Assembly: GCA_963729625.1 (NCBI GenBank)
Contig: CAVSOU010000008.1
Location: forward strand, 512,001 to 576,000
Length of the DNA stretch: 64,000 nucleotides
Source of the DNA: an uncultured bacterium
GTDB taxonomy: Bacteria; Chloroflexota; UBA5177; JANWHV01
Reading direction: 5' to 3'
The position numbers and the translations under genes were made by a program. The notes below the pieces were generated by a model. The model searched no databases. It saw only the letters and a list, made by a program, of their open reading frames with translations, and was not told the DNA's origin. The number at the start of each line of letters is the position of its first letter. Positions within the stretch are counted from its first letter, which is position 1. Shown in pieces: positions 34,073 to 45,357 of the stretch.

Positions 34073-36151
34073 ATGCCAGTTGAAACGGCGGCAACGGGGT
34101 GGATCCTGCAGACGGCTTCGACCGGCTACGCGCTGGAAGTGACCGACGACGGGCACGTGCTGCATCGGTATTGGGGGAAACGGCTGGTTGGCGTAGAAGA
34201 CTATAGCAGGGCAGCCGCAGACATCGGGCCCTTCACCGACCAGCTTGTCGAACCTGAGGAGTATCCTGCGCACGGTGGTATCAAGTACAGCGACCCGTGC
34301 CTGAAAGCCACATTTTCCGACGGCACGCGTGACCTTGTACTGCGTTTTGTGCGGGCGGAGATTCCGGAACAGGAACCCGAGTGTCTTGACCTGTACCTGG
34401 CTGATGTGTGCTATCCGCTGGACGTCGTTCTGCATTATCGCGTGCATAGCGCGTACGATCTGATCGAACGCTGGGTCAGCGTGCGGAATACGGGCGAGTC
34501 CCTGGTTACGCTGGAGCGCATCTGGTCGGCGCAGTGGCATCTGCCACAGGGCGACGAGTATCGCTTGACCCATTTTGCGGGTGGCTGGTCGGACGAGGGC
34601 CATATCGTGCGTGAGCCGCTCACGCGCGGCATCAAACGCCTCGAGAGCAGGCGGCTCACCACGAGTCACCACCATGCGCCCTATTTTGCCGTTGACCGCG
34701 GCACCGCCGACGAAGAGAGCGGAGACGTCTGGTTCGGTACCCTGGCCTGGAGCGGGAACTGGGCGATGTCCGCCGAAGTCACCGACTTCGCCGTCACGCG
34801 GATCGGCATTGGGCTCAACGACTGGGATTTCGCGCTCTGCTTGCGGCCGGGCCAAGCGTATACCACGCCGGCCTGCTTTGGCGGCTATAGCGCGTCCGGC
34901 TTCGGCCACGCCAGCCGGCATCTGCATGACTTCGCGCGAGAGAATTTGCTGCCGCACGGCTGGGAGGTACACAAAGTCCTCTACAACTCCTGGGAGGCCA
35001 CGACGTTTTCCGTCGACGAGACGTCGCAGGCGGAGCTGGCGCGGCTTGCGGCTGCCATGGGCGTAGAGTTGTTCGTGATGGACGACGGCTGGTTTCACGG
35101 ACGCGCCGCGGATAACGCCGGCCTGGGCGACTGGTGGCCGGATGCGCGGAAGTTCCCGCGGGGACTTGCTCCGCTCATCGCGGACGTCAATGCCCTGGGC
35201 ATGGACTTCGGTCTCTGGATCGAGCCCGAGATGGTGAACCCGGATAGCGACTTGTATCGCGCCCATCCGGACTGGGTCATCCACTTTCCGACACGGCAGC
35301 GGTCGGAGGCGCGCAATCAGCTCATTCTCAATCTGGCGCGCACGGACGTGCAGGACTACCTCATCGCTTCCATCGACGCGCTTCTGTCCGAGAACAATAT
35401 CGCGTTCGTCAAGTGGGACATGAATCGAAACGTGAGCGAACCCGGTTGGCCCGACGCGCCGGTCGAGGCTCGTGAGCTGTGGGTACGGTATGTCGAAGGT
35501 CTCTACCACGTGTGGGGCACGCTGCATGCACGGCATCCGCGCATCATCTTTCAAAGCTGCTCCGGCGGCGGCGGTCGCGCGGACTTCGGCATGCTGCGGC
35601 TCGCGGACCAGATCTGGACCAGCGACAACACCGAGGCGACGGCGCGGCTGGGTATTCAGGAAGGCTTCTCCTTCCTGTTTCCCGCCTCGACGATGGAGGC
35701 CTGGGTCACCGACGTGGGGCGCGGCATGGTTCCCCTGAGCTTCCGGTTTGCAGTCGCCATGAGCGGCGTGCTTGGAGTCGGTGGTCACCTCGCCCGCTGG
35801 TCTGAAGAGGAGCGAGCGGAGGCCGCGCGCTGGATCATGCTCTACAAGGAGATCCGCCCGATCGTGCAGGCAGGCGATCAGTACCGCCTGCGCTCGCCGC
35901 AGCGTGACGGGTTCGCCGCCGTACAGTACATGTCGAAGGACAGATCCGAAGGGGTCCTGTTTGCCTACAGGACCTGGCTGCCGGATCCGCGGCGGCTACC
36001 GGTGATCTATCCACGCGGCCTGGAGTGGACTGCCGAGTACGAGATCGAGGGCATCGCGGGCGCCAGGTCGGGCGCAGGCTGGATGCACGGTGGGATCAGG
36101 GTGAAGCTCGGCAACCTGGAGAGTACGATCAGACGCATCCGGCGGCTGTAG
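34073..36151 (+). CDS. Alpha-galactosidase, GH36
   Basis: YNSWEA, FVMDDGWF, GLWIEPEMVNPDS, VKWDMNR, CSGGGGR, WTSDNT; GAGGAG SD. Confidence 0.95.
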   Translation: MPVETAATGWILQTASTGYALEVTDDGHVLHRYWGKRLVGVEDYSRAAADIGPFTDQLVEPEEYPAHGGIKYSDPCLKATFSDGTRDLVLRFVRAEIPEQEPECLDLYLADVCYPLDVVLHYRVHSAYDLIERWVSVRNTGESLVTLERIWSAQWHLPQGDEYRLTHFAGGWSDEGHIVREPLTRGIKRLESRRLTTSHHHAPYFAVDRGTADEESGDVWFGTLAWSGNWAMSAEVTDFAVTRIGIGLNDWDFALCLRPGQAYTTPACFGGYSASGFGHASRHLHDFARENLLPHGWEVHKVLYNSWEATTFSVDETSQAELARLAAAMGVELFVMDDGWFHGRAADNAGLGDWWPDARKFPRGLAPLIADVNALGMDFGLWIEPEMVNPDSDLYRAHPDWVIHFPTRQRSEARNQLILNLARTDVQDYLIASIDALLSENNIAFVKWDMNRNVSEPGWPDAPVEARELWVRYVEGLYHVWGTLHARHPRIIFQSCSGGGGRADFGMLRLADQIWTSDNTEATARLGIQEGFSFLFPASTMEAWVTDVGRGMVPLSFRFAVAMSGVLGVGGHLARWSEEERAEAARWIMLYKEIRPIVQAGDQYRLRSPQRDGFAAVQYMSKDRSEGVLFAYRTWLPDPRRLPVIYPRGLEWTAEYEIEGIAGARSGAGWMHGGIRVKLGNLESTIRRIRRL

Positions 36152-36283
36152 CGAAACTCTGCGTTCAATCCCCATGACAGCAGACGACCGGCACGCGGGT
36201 TTTGCGCATGCCGGTCGCCTGGCAACCTGACACAGTTTTGAACGTTGCCGGTGTCACGCGAGCGCTCGACCGGCGGGAAAATG

Positions 36284-37363
36284 CTAGGCGATAGTCACGT
36301 CCTTGCAGAGATACACGTCCTGGATCGCATGGAGAAGAGCGGCGCCCTCCGCCATCGGTCGCTGGAACGCCTTCCGGCCGGAGATAAGCCCCGTGCCGCC
36401 TGCTCGCTTGTTCACGACCGCGGTCAGCACGGCTTCCGACAGGTCCGTTGCTCCCGAGGAAGCGCCGCCTGAATTGATGAGCCCTGCACGGCCCATGTAG
36501 CAGTTCATCACCTGGTAGCGGGTCAGGTCGATAGGGTTATCGGTGGTCAGGTCGCTGTACACTTTGCTGCTGGTCTTGCCGAACTTGATGGCGTTGTATC
36601 CGCCATTGTTCTCCGGCAGCTTCTGCTTGATGATGTCGGCTTCGATCGTAACGCCCAGGTGGTTGGCCTGGCCCGTGAGATCGGCGGACAGATGGTAGTC
36701 GACGCCATCCTTCTTGAAAGCAGGGTTGCGCAGATAGCACCAGAGCACGGTTGCCAGTCCCAGCTCGTGTGCCCGGTGGAACGCCTTTGCAACTTCCTGG
36801 ATCTGGCGCCCGGACTCGGCGGAGCCAAAGTAAATCGTGGCGCCGACGGCGGTAGCGCCGAGGTTCCAGGCCTGCTCGACGGTGCCGAACATGATCTGGT
36901 CGGCTTTCTCGGGGTATGTCAGAAGCTCATTATGATTGATTTTCACGATGAACGGGATCTTGTGCGCATACTGACGAGCGATGGATCCAAGCACGCCAAA
37001 CGTGGAAGCGACGGCATTGCACTCACCCTCGAGAGCAAGCTGCACGATATTCGCCGGATCAAAGTACGCGGGATTCGGCGCGAACGACGCGCCGGCAGAG
37101 TGCTCGATGCCCTGGTCCACCGGTAGAATCGACATATAGCCGGTGCCGGCAAGGCGACCGGTGTGAAACATCTGGCTGAGGCTGCGCAGTACCTGCGGCG
37201 AGCGATCGCTATGCGCGACCACACGATCGATAAAGTCGGGTCCTGGAAGATTCAGGTTCTCGGCAGAGACTTTTGCCTTGTACGTAAGCAGGTCCTGCTT
37301 GGCGCCCAGCAGTTCCACGATACGATCGATGGACTGTGCGGGCTTGGAAGCAACTGTTACCAT
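36284..37363 (-). CDS. fbaB: Class I fructose-bisphosphate aldolase
   Basis: [43 protein letters not shown]. Confidence 0.95.
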   Translation of the reverse strand: MVTVASKPAQSIDRIVELLGAKQDLLTYKAKVSAENLNLPGPDFIDRVVAHSDRSPQVLRSLSQMFHTGRLAGTGYMSILPVDQGIEHSAGASFAPNPAYFDPANIVQLALEGECNAVASTFGVLGSIARQYAHKIPFIVKINHNELLTYPEKADQIMFGTVEQAWNLGATAVGATIYFGSAESGRQIQEVAKAFHRAHELGLATVLWCYLRNPAFKKDGVDYHLSADLTGQANHLGVTIEADIIKQKLPENNGGYNAIKFGKTSSKVYSDLTTDNPIDLTRYQVMNCYMGRAGLINSGGASSGATDLSEAVLTAVVNKRAGGTGLISGRKAFQRPMAEGAALLHAIQDVYLCKDVTIA

Positions 37364-37669
37364 AACGAGCTACCTTCCCTTGTCCGATAGTGTTGAGCTG
37401 ATCGGCGTGACAGCGCACGCGTGACAGTTGGCTGCCTCTATAAGCGTATCAACTGCGCTTGCGTGGCAATCAGGGCTGGATGCCCCTGCGATGCAGGACA
37501 AGTGGCCCTTCTTGGCGTCGCCGAGATCCTCTCTCAGGCAAACGAGATCTTGAAGCACTGGACGTAATCGCAGGGCTTCTCCAGCGGCAGGTCGATGGCC
37601 AGACCCCGGCTGGTCTGCTCGAACGACACGGGCGCTTCGCAGCCGAGGAGGCAGGATAGGGTCGTGCGG

Positions 37670-38377
37670 ATGGTCAAGCAGCTCGACGAAGGGCAGCGCG
37701 CCGGGGTCGCCACGATCGACGACGTGGCACGCCATGCCGGTGTCTCCACTGCCACGGTCTCGCGCGTGCTCAACGGAGTCGGCGGCGTGCGTGACGCATT
37801 GGCCGACCGCGTGCATGCCTCGTGCGAGGTACTGCAGTACCGGCCGAACACTACCGCTCGTATCCTGGCTGGCGGACGCTCCAGGTCCATCGGTCTGTGG
37901 GCTCCCGACATCAGGAATCAATTCTTTATGGATATCGTCAGCGGCTCACTGCAGGCAGCGCAGGAGCTCGGCTATCTCGTCACGCTCGCCAGCTACCCCG
38001 GGGAGGTGCCGGACCGGCGACACCGGCACTACGCCGACTTGCTGGCGTCGGCTGCTTTGGGCGGCGCTGTAGTGATAGGCAGTCGCGACCGTGAGCTCGC
38101 GCTGGATCTGCTGCGGCAGCGCGGCATTCCAATCGTCACCATCGACCATCAGCCGGTTGATGAGACATCGGACCTGGTGAACATCGACAACGTGCGGGCC
38201 GCTCGCGACGCCGTGGCCCACCTCGTGACGCAGGGTTACCGGCGGATCGGCATCCTCGCGGGACCACGGGCTACGATGACCGGCCGCGACCGGTTGGCTG
38301 GGTACCGGCTGGGGCTGCTGGACGCCGGCCTGGCGCACGATCCGGCGCTCGAGTACTCCGCTCACTCATCATCTTGA
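37670..38377 (+). pseudogene. LacI-family regulator, C-terminally truncated
   Basis: TIDDVARHAGVSTATVSRVLN HTH, IDN..A...V.HL, RLAGY; ends at ~235 aa without the usual last ~100 aa. Confidence 0.7.
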
Positions 38378-38610
38378 TGTGGGCGCAGAACTTCGATCCC
38401 TCGCTGCGACCGATGATGATGCTCGCCTCGGCCGCGCTTGTCACGATTGCCGTCACTGAACGATGCGCGTCAGGGCGAACACCGACCGCCGAGCGAGGGG
38501 CTATACTCAGCATGTGCCTGCTATGCCCGCCTTCAACGCCGGCCAGGTACTGGAGAATTGCCGGTGGACTTTCGCGGGTATCGAGAGGGCTAGGGAGTTG
38601 GAGTACGCAG

Positions 38611-39108
38611 ATGGAGAAGACGAAGAGCATCGAGCTGTTGAACAGAGCTGTCGCCGATGAGCTTCAGGCAGTACACCAGTACATGTATTTCCATTTTCAT
38701 CTGGGCGACCAGGGATTTGGACCGCTCTCGCAGTTGTTCAAGCGGATCGCCATTGAGGAAATGGGGCATGTGGAGCTGCTGGCAGACCGCGTGCTGTTCC
38801 TGAAGGGCGACGTCGAAATGGCTGCCGCCGGACCGATCCAGAAGATCGCGGAACCGGAAGCCATGCTTGCGAAGGCCATGGCGATGGAAGAAGAGGGCGT
38901 CCAATCGTACAACGCCTCAGCGCTTGCCTGCACCGCGAACGCGGATTCCGGCTCGAAACAGCTGTTCGAACAACTGCTGCGGGACGAGGAGGGCCACGGC
39001 GATCAGTTCGAGAAGCAGCGCGATAATATCCGGCGCTTTGGCCTGAGCTATCTGGCGCTGCAGTCGTTTGGCATCGCCGCGACCGAGAGCGCGCCCGCGG
39101 CGGACTGA
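38611..39108 (+). CDS. bfr: Bacterioferritin
   Basis: DELQAVHQY, EEMGH (haem Met), DRVLFLKG, DEEGH ferroxidase motifs. Confidence 0.92.
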   Translation: MEKTKSIELLNRAVADELQAVHQYMYFHFHLGDQGFGPLSQLFKRIAIEEMGHVELLADRVLFLKGDVEMAAAGPIQKIAEPEAMLAKAMAMEEEGVQSYNASALACTANADSGSKQLFEQLLRDEEGHGDQFEKQRDNIRRFGLSYLALQSFGIAATESAPAAD

Positions 39109-39296
39109 GGTGATCTGGGCGTAGATTTCCAGCTATAGTGCGGCAAGACAGTAGTCGGCGCCCACTCCTGAAGAGAGCCGCCACCAGTCTCGAGGACGTG
39201 CATGCCTGGGATATCACTTGAGCCGAGTTCTGTTTGGGTCTGGTCGCCATGCCGGCAAGGGCGGGCGTTCATTGCCTCGATCAAGGAGAGCAGCTG

Positions 39297-40259
39297 ATGA
39301 AAATAGGAGCATTCGCGGTCTTACTGTCCGATCGGCCGTTGGAGCAGGCGCTCGACTATCTCAAGATGACAGGCCTGGACATGGTAGAGATTGGCACCGG
39401 CGGTTATCCCGGCGCGGCCCACGCCAAACCCACGGAGTTGCTGGCCGATTCGGCAAAGCTGGCGGCATTCAAGCACGCCATCGATTCCCGCGGCTTGCAG
39501 ATCAGCGCGCTGTCCTGCCATGGCAACCCGCTGCATCCGCAGGCGAGCATCGCCGCCGCGCACCACGAAGACTTTCGCAACACCGTCTTGCTGGCCGAGC
39601 GGCTGGGCGTGGAGCGCGTGGTTACGTTCTCGGGCTGCCCGGGCGACAGCGATCAGGCCAAGTATCCTAACTGGGTCACCTGCCCCTGGCCTGACGACTT
39701 TTCCGCCCTGGTGGCGTGGCAGTGGGAACAGAAGGTCATTCCCTACTGGCAGGAGCAGGCGGATTTTTGTCGCCGGCACGGCGTGCGGGTGGCGCTGGAG
39801 ATGCACCCCGGCTTCGTGGTCTACAGTGCTGAGACCATGCTGCGCCTGCGCGAGGCCGTGGGCGACCAGATTGGCGCCAACCTCGATCCGAGCCACCTGT
39901 TCTGGCAAGGCGCGGATCCGATCGAAGCAGTGCGCGCCTTGGGCCCGGCCATCTTCTACGTCCACGCCAAGGACACGGCTATCGACAAGTTCAACACCGG
40001 GCGGAACGGCGTGCTTGATACCAAGTCCTATCGCGACGAGGCCAATCGCTCCTGGATCTTCCGCACGGTCGGCTACGGGCACGATGCCAAATTCTGGAAA
40101 GACTTCGTCAGCGCGCTGCGCCTGGTGGGCTATGACTGGGTGCTCAGCATCGAGCACGAAGACAGCCTGATGTCCGTTCCCGAAGGCCTGAGCAAAGCAG
40201 TGGCGCTGCTCAAGGAAGCGGTGATTACCGAGAAGCTCTCCGGCATGTGGTGGGCCTGA
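39297..40259 (+). CDS. Sugar phosphate isomerase/epimerase (TIM barrel)
   Basis: EIGTGGYP, LSCHGNPLHP, EMHPGF, NLDPSHLFWQG, VHAKD, SIEHED, MWWA. Confidence 0.92.
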   Translation: MKIGAFAVLLSDRPLEQALDYLKMTGLDMVEIGTGGYPGAAHAKPTELLADSAKLAAFKHAIDSRGLQISALSCHGNPLHPQASIAAAHHEDFRNTVLLAERLGVERVVTFSGCPGDSDQAKYPNWVTCPWPDDFSALVAWQWEQKVIPYWQEQADFCRRHGVRVALEMHPGFVVYSAETMLRLREAVGDQIGANLDPSHLFWQGADPIEAVRALGPAIFYVHAKDTAIDKFNTGRNGVLDTKSYRDEANRSWIFRTVGYGHDAKFWKDFVSALRLVGYDWVLSIEHEDSLMSVPEGLSKAVALLKEAVITEKLSGMWWA

Positions 40260-40534
40260 CAGCGGCTGCGCCACTCTGACCTGAGCCTTCGTGCGCGCAA
40301 TCGAAATAGAGCGGCGTTCCGGCCGATCGTGGCCGGCTCCCCCGCTTCGTGGTCGATCCTGGCCCGGTGCGCCGGTTCGCAGGATAGGCGCGCTCCGTAC
40401 GGGGATCCAAGCCGTGAAAGCATGTCGCGTCAGCGCAGTGCAAGTAGCTCGCTCAGCTAGCGCGGTGCAATTGGTCGTACAACCGGGGCGCGGGCAACTC
40501 CTCCTCGTGTTGCAGATCGCGCCTGTGCTTTGTT

Positions 40535-41578
40535 TTAGACCTGCCATTCGTCTATTGGAGTGGTCGATCGGACGACGTGCATGCCCGCGTTCCGGAAACC
40601 GGCCAGCGCGCTCTCCGCCTGTTCGGTGAAATCGGCCAGGTAGCCGCCGTGTCCATCCGGTACAACCACGCTCGACATGCAGTCCTGGAGAATGTAGACC
40701 TTGCCGGCCAGTGACGGGTCGACTGCCCTGATCTCGTCCAGCAGATCTTCCAGCGTGCTCTTCACGCAGTGACTGGCCGCCTCACCCGCTACCACGACGG
40801 CATCGGCGGCCAGCAACCGCGCGATGAATGAGCTGTTCTTGTCCGCCAGCATGCCGCCATCATGCCGCTGCAGCACCTCGGGACGCAGGATGCTGTAGTT
40901 CTCTGTCAGGGGTAGACCGCCCTTCAACTCGATCCAGGCCTGAGTCTGCCGGACGAAGGCGTGGAAGAGCTGCGCCTCCTGCACAACTCCGGCCAGCGTA
41001 TGGCCCTGGCTGCCAAGGAGGCAGTGGAACGGCCAGAGATAAAGCTCGTACTTGCCCTCCCGGGCAAGCGCCTCGCAATAGAATGTCACCTGCGCCAGGA
41101 GCCACGCATAGTCGCCGTCGCAAAGCCACTCCGCGACCGCCGGATTCGGCCGCAGCGCGCCGGCGAGAATGTCTTCGAGATGCACGACGGTGTGCGGCGG
41201 CGGCACGTTTCCGGCGGCATCCAACCAGAAAGCGGGAAAGAAGATCTGCTCTGGAAAGTGCGTGTCCAGGGTGGTGGTAATCGCCGTGATCGCGCCGAGA
41301 TTGCGGTAGATGAACTCCGCAAGTCTCCGGCAATCGTCCAGCGCGCCTTCGCCTGAGCGACCGCCGACGTAGAGGCTGCCTGCCGGAAAGCAGAAATCCT
41401 TCTGCGCGTCGATCACCAGCAGATGAACGCGCCGCCGGTCGGCCGAGGCCAATCCGATGTCGAACCGGCGCCGCCACGCCGCCGCTGCCGCCAGCAGCGC
41501 ATGCGGATCGGGCCGGAAGTCCCAGCGGCGCGCGTTTGCCGGATCGAAGAATGGAGGCACGGGCAAGGTAGCCTGCAT
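40535..41578 (-). CDS. Nicotinamidase/isochorismatase-family cysteine hydrolase (long form)
   Basis: LLVIDAQKDFC, TLDTH, WPFHC, KG...TENYS, AGEAASHCV, DCMS. Confidence 0.88.
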   Translation of the reverse strand: MQATLPVPPFFDPANARRWDFRPDPHALLAAAAAWRRRFDIGLASADRRRVHLLVIDAQKDFCFPAGSLYVGGRSGEGALDDCRRLAEFIYRNLGAITAITTTLDTHFPEQIFFPAFWLDAAGNVPPPHTVVHLEDILAGALRPNPAVAEWLCDGDYAWLLAQVTFYCEALAREGKYELYLWPFHCLLGSQGHTLAGVVQEAQLFHAFVRQTQAWIELKGGLPLTENYSILRPEVLQRHDGGMLADKNSSFIARLLAADAVVVAGEAASHCVKSTLEDLLDEIRAVDPSLAGKVYILQDCMSSVVVPDGHGGYLADFTEQAESALAGFRNAGMHVVRSTTPIDEWQV

Positions 41579-41845
41579 GATCGCACGATCCTTCCTGACT
41601 GCTCGAGCGTCGACCAGGTGCCGCTATGCGCGCTTCGTGTAGAGCCAGGGGCGCTCGGCCTTTCACGCGATCGAGCACTCACCCGTCGGCTTCGACAGCC
41701 TCCACAGCCTCCCGTACTTTGCCCATCAGACCGCAGGACCAAGAATGCCGCGAAGCACATCATCCATACCCAGCATAGTACGCGCTAGCAACCGCGCCCG
41801 CCACCGGGTAAGGTCGGAATCTCAGACGCGGCTGTTGGCGCCAGC

Positions 41846-41868
41846 TACAATACATCTAGACTGTCTAG
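41846..41868 (+). promoter_or_regulatory. TA promoter -10 and palindromic operator
   Basis: TACAAT (41846-41851) followed by CTAGAC-T-GTCTAG (41856-41868) upstream of the antitoxin fragment. Confidence 0.6.
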
Positions 41869-41885
41869 CTAGAAAGAAGCGACAG

Positions 41886-42168
41886 GTGCATGCTTCATGG
41901 CCCTTACAGGAAGCGAAGAACAAGCTCAGCTTGGTTGTACAGCAGGCCGCCAGCCAGGGTCCTCAGTTGATCACGGTACGCGGCCGGCCTGCGGCAGTGC
42001 AGAGTGCAGTGTGAAGGTTTGCAGCGCGGGACACCACTGCCGGTCATCGACTGCCTTCTGACCGCTACGGCGCAGGTTCACAACTTGACGGTAGCCACCC
42101 GTAATGTGGATGACCTGCTGCGATGCGGGGCTACGGTACTCAACCCATGGCAACATGCGTCGCCTTGA
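41886..42168 (+). pseudogene. Collapsed Phd/YefM antitoxin-VapC (PIN) toxin operon
   Basis: WPLQEAKNKLSLVVQQAASQGPQLITVRGRPAAV (Phd N-term), then in another frame [30 protein letters not shown]...VLNPW* (PIN C-term). Confidence 0.85.
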
Positions 42169-42275
42169 TGTGCTCTGCTGCATATGCGCCTTTCGCGGTA
42201 TCCTTCGCTTCAGCGATCTCAGACAATGACCGTCGATGGATTGTGCCAGAATGGCACAGCAAGGAGCCGCAGAGC

Positions 42276-43652
42276 ATGTCCGAGCAAACCAAGTTCCTCC
42301 TGGACGAGTCGCGCATCCCAGAAGCCTGGTATAACATTGCCCCCGATCTGCCGTCGCCCCAGCCACCGCCCTTGCATCCTGGTACGGGCAATCCGATCGG
42401 CCCAGCCGATCTGGCGCCTCTCTTCCCTATGGCGTTGATCATGCAGGAGGTGAGCGGCGAGCGCTTCATCGAGATTCCGGAAGAAGTGCGCGCGGCCTAT
42501 CGCCTGTGGCGGCCCACGCCTCTGTATCGGGCCCACCGCCTGGAGCGCGCGCTCGACACGCCGGCAAAGATCTTCTATAAGTACGAGGGCGTCAGCCCAG
42601 CGGGCAGCCACAAGCCGAACACCGCCGTGCCGCAGGCCTACTACAACAAAGCCGAGGGCGTCAAGCGCATCGCCACTGAGACCGGCGCCGGCCAGTGGGG
42701 CAGCGCCGTTGCCCTTGCTTGCGGCCTCTTCGGGCTGGAGTGCAAAGTCTATATGGTGCGCATCAGCTACGATCAGAAACCCTATCGCCGCTCGATGATG
42801 CAAGCCTGGGGCTCGTCCGTGGTGCCCAGCCCGAGCCCGGATACACAGTCCGGCCGAAAGATCCTGAGCGAACATCCTGACAGTCTCGGCAGTCTCGGCA
42901 TCGCCATCAGCGAGGCCGTCGAGGACGCCGCCACGCGCGAGGACACCAGGTATGCGCTGGGCAGCGTGCTGAATCACGTACTGCTTCACCAGACCGTCAT
43001 CGGACTGGAGGCCATCGACCAGCTGGATATGGCCGGCGCCTATCCGGACGTGGTCATCGGGTGTGTCGGGGGCGGCAGCAACTTCGGCGGCATTGCCCTA
43101 CCCTTCGTGCGCGAGAAGCTGGCGGGGAAGGCGATCCGCATTGTCGCCGTGGAGCCCGCAGCGTGCCCGAGCCTGACGCGCGGCGTCTACGCGTACGACT
43201 TCGGCGACTCAGCAGGACTGGCGCCGATGGTGGCCATGCATACGCTGGGGCACAACTTCATGCCGGCCGGGATCCACGCCGGCGGACTGCGCTATCACGG
43301 GATGAGCCCCCTGATCAGCCATCTTTACAGGCTGAATCTGATCGAGGCCCGCGCCTACACGCAACGCCCGTGCTTCGAAGCGGGGCTGACGTTCGCGCGG
43401 ACGGAGGGCATTGTCCCGGCGCCCGAGGCCACGCACGCGATCAAGGGCGCAGTCGACGAGGCCCTGCGCTGCAAGGCGGAAGGCGTCTCGCGCACCATCC
43501 TCTTCAACCTCAGCGGCCACGGTCACTTCGACATGGCTGCCTGGGACTCCTATCTTTCAGGTGCCATGGTCGACTACGAGCTGCCCGACGCAGAGATCGC
43601 ACGAGCGCTCAAGGACATTGAATCGATGCCCAAGGTGCCGGCCATCGCGTAG
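42276..43652 (+). CDS. trpB2: TrpB2 (tryptophan synthase beta-like PLP enzyme)
   Basis: [57 protein letters not shown]. Confidence 0.93.
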   Translation: MSEQTKFLLDESRIPEAWYNIAPDLPSPQPPPLHPGTGNPIGPADLAPLFPMALIMQEVSGERFIEIPEEVRAAYRLWRPTPLYRAHRLERALDTPAKIFYKYEGVSPAGSHKPNTAVPQAYYNKAEGVKRIATETGAGQWGSAVALACGLFGLECKVYMVRISYDQKPYRRSMMQAWGSSVVPSPSPDTQSGRKILSEHPDSLGSLGIAISEAVEDAATREDTRYALGSVLNHVLLHQTVIGLEAIDQLDMAGAYPDVVIGCVGGGSNFGGIALPFVREKLAGKAIRIVAVEPAACPSLTRGVYAYDFGDSAGLAPMVAMHTLGHNFMPAGIHAGGLRYHGMSPLISHLYRLNLIEARAYTQRPCFEAGLTFARTEGIVPAPEATHAIKGAVDEALRCKAEGVSRTILFNLSGHGHFDMAAWDSYLSGAMVDYELPDAEIARALKDIESMPKVPAIA

Positions 43653-43890
43653 GTAGCGACTGTCGCGAGGCGGCCTGGCATGAGCCGGGCTGCCTCGCGA
43701 CATGCATGCAACCGTTTGCCCGGCCCTGCCGCAGCCCGCATGCCGTGCCGCAACGATCCCGGAGGGGCGTACGTACCTGGCCTCCGGCCGCGCGCGTACT
43801 GTCGTCGATCGCGGCGTCTACGTCATCGCCCAGGGCAGTTGCCACGGCCAGGGGCGCATCGATCGGACCACGATTGGTCTGCAGGCATGG

Positions 43891-45261
43891 TCAGATCTCA
43901 CGCGCATCAAACGCCGCGGCTGGCCGGTACTTGGCCAGCGGAAGTGTGACTGTGAAGAGCGCGCCGCCGCCAGGCGCGTTCGCGGCGGTGATGCGGCCAT
44001 TGTGCGCGTCAACAATCCAGCGCGCGATGGCCAGCCCGAGGCCCGAGCCTTTCCCTGTCCGTGCCTTGTCGGCACGGTAGAAGCGCTCGAATATGCGCGG
44101 CAGATCTGCCGGATCGATGCCCGGCCCGGTATCCCGCACGACCAGCCGCGCGCTGTTGCCATGCGGCTCGGCGCTGACCGTGACCGTGCCGCCTTCCGAG
44201 GTGTATTTGAGCGCGTTGTCGAGGAGAATGAGCAGGAGCTGCCGCAAGCGGCCTTCGTCGCCCACGAGTTGGAGGCCCGGCACACTGCCGCCGGAGAGGG
44301 TGATGTTGCGATCCTCCGCCAGCATGTCGACCGCCTCGACGCTATCATTCACCAGCTTGGTGAAATCAACCGGCCGGCGTTCGACGGCGATAGCGCCGCT
44401 ATCGGCGCGCGCCAGCAGCGACAGGCTTTCTACCAGGCGGGTCAGGTGATTGTTCTGATCGAGAGTCTGCTCGAGCGCGCGTTGCTGCTCGGCAATCGAC
44501 TCCTCGGCGAGGCCGAGCTCGGCAGCAGTGCGCATGATCGCCAGCGGCGTGCGTAGCTCGTGCGCGGCATCGGCCACGAAATCGCGCTGGCGCTTCAGCG
44601 AGATCTGGATCGGCCGCAGCGCGCGCCGAGCCAGCAGTGCGCTGATACCGGCTGCTGCCACGATGCCCAGCACACTGACGGCGAGCATGTCGCGCAGCAG
44701 CGAGCCGAGACTGTTGAGGTAGTTCTTCTCTGAAATAGCTACTTCCTCCACGCCGAGCACCGCCTGTGTGCCGTCTCGAAGCTGGACACTGATCGGCACG
44801 GTCTCCACGAGATAGGGCTGTTGCCCATTACTGACCTCGACGCAGCACTGAACACTGCCGGTATTGAAAGCCTGTTGGATAGAGGAATACGTGACGATCT
44901 GCTCGGAAGAGCTGGAGACCAGATTGCCGTTGCCGTCGACAACGGCATAGTACATATCGTCCTGGTTATCCTGGCTGTTGCAGTCCGGTTGGGTCGCGGC
45001 AGGTGGGCCGAACTGGCCCGTCAGTCCGAGCTCGACCTCGAGCTGGCGCACGCAGCGGGAAGGATTGGCTGCGCGGTAGCGCAGCGTGCTTTCCAGGGAT
45101 TGGTAGAGTTTCTGCTGCGTGGTGAAGTACACGAGCGTGCCGGATATGAGCAGCAAGGCAAAGATAAGCGCGGAGGTCAGAGCTGCAAGGCGCCAGCCCA
45201 CGCGCCGAACCGACACAGCGTCGGGATCTGCCACGGCGTTCTTTCGTCGAATCCAAAGCAT
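43891..45261 (-). CDS. Sensor histidine kinase
   Basis: Two TM helices, DAAHELRTPL, LLDNALKY, DTGPGI, FERFYR, GSGLGLAI. Confidence 0.95.
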   Translation of the reverse strand: MLWIRRKNAVADPDAVSVRRVGWRLAALTSALIFALLLISGTLVYFTTQQKLYQSLESTLRYRAANPSRCVRQLEVELGLTGQFGPPAATQPDCNSQDNQDDMYYAVVDGNGNLVSSSSEQIVTYSSIQQAFNTGSVQCCVEVSNGQQPYLVETVPISVQLRDGTQAVLGVEEVAISEKNYLNSLGSLLRDMLAVSVLGIVAAAGISALLARRALRPIQISLKRQRDFVADAAHELRTPLAIMRTAAELGLAEESIAEQQRALEQTLDQNNHLTRLVESLSLLARADSGAIAVERRPVDFTKLVNDSVEAVDMLAEDRNITLSGGSVPGLQLVGDEGRLRQLLLILLDNALKYTSEGGTVTVSAEPHGNSARLVVRDTGPGIDPADLPRIFERFYRADKARTGKGSGLGLAIARWIVDAHNGRITAANAPGGGALFTVTLPLAKYRPAAAFDAREI

Positions 45262-45357
45262 TGAACGCTCCTTCCTGCAAAGCCGGAACCCGTCGCCTGG
45301 GTGGGGGTCTGAGGCAGCCGCAGCAAGCTCCTATGCGCGCATGAGGGCGCTACTCAT

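Noticed and set aside
37515-37545. Glycine riboswitch-like CTCTCAGGCAAA
   Set aside because: The GGAGAG and GAAGGxGCA elements are missing, and the gene context is unrelated.
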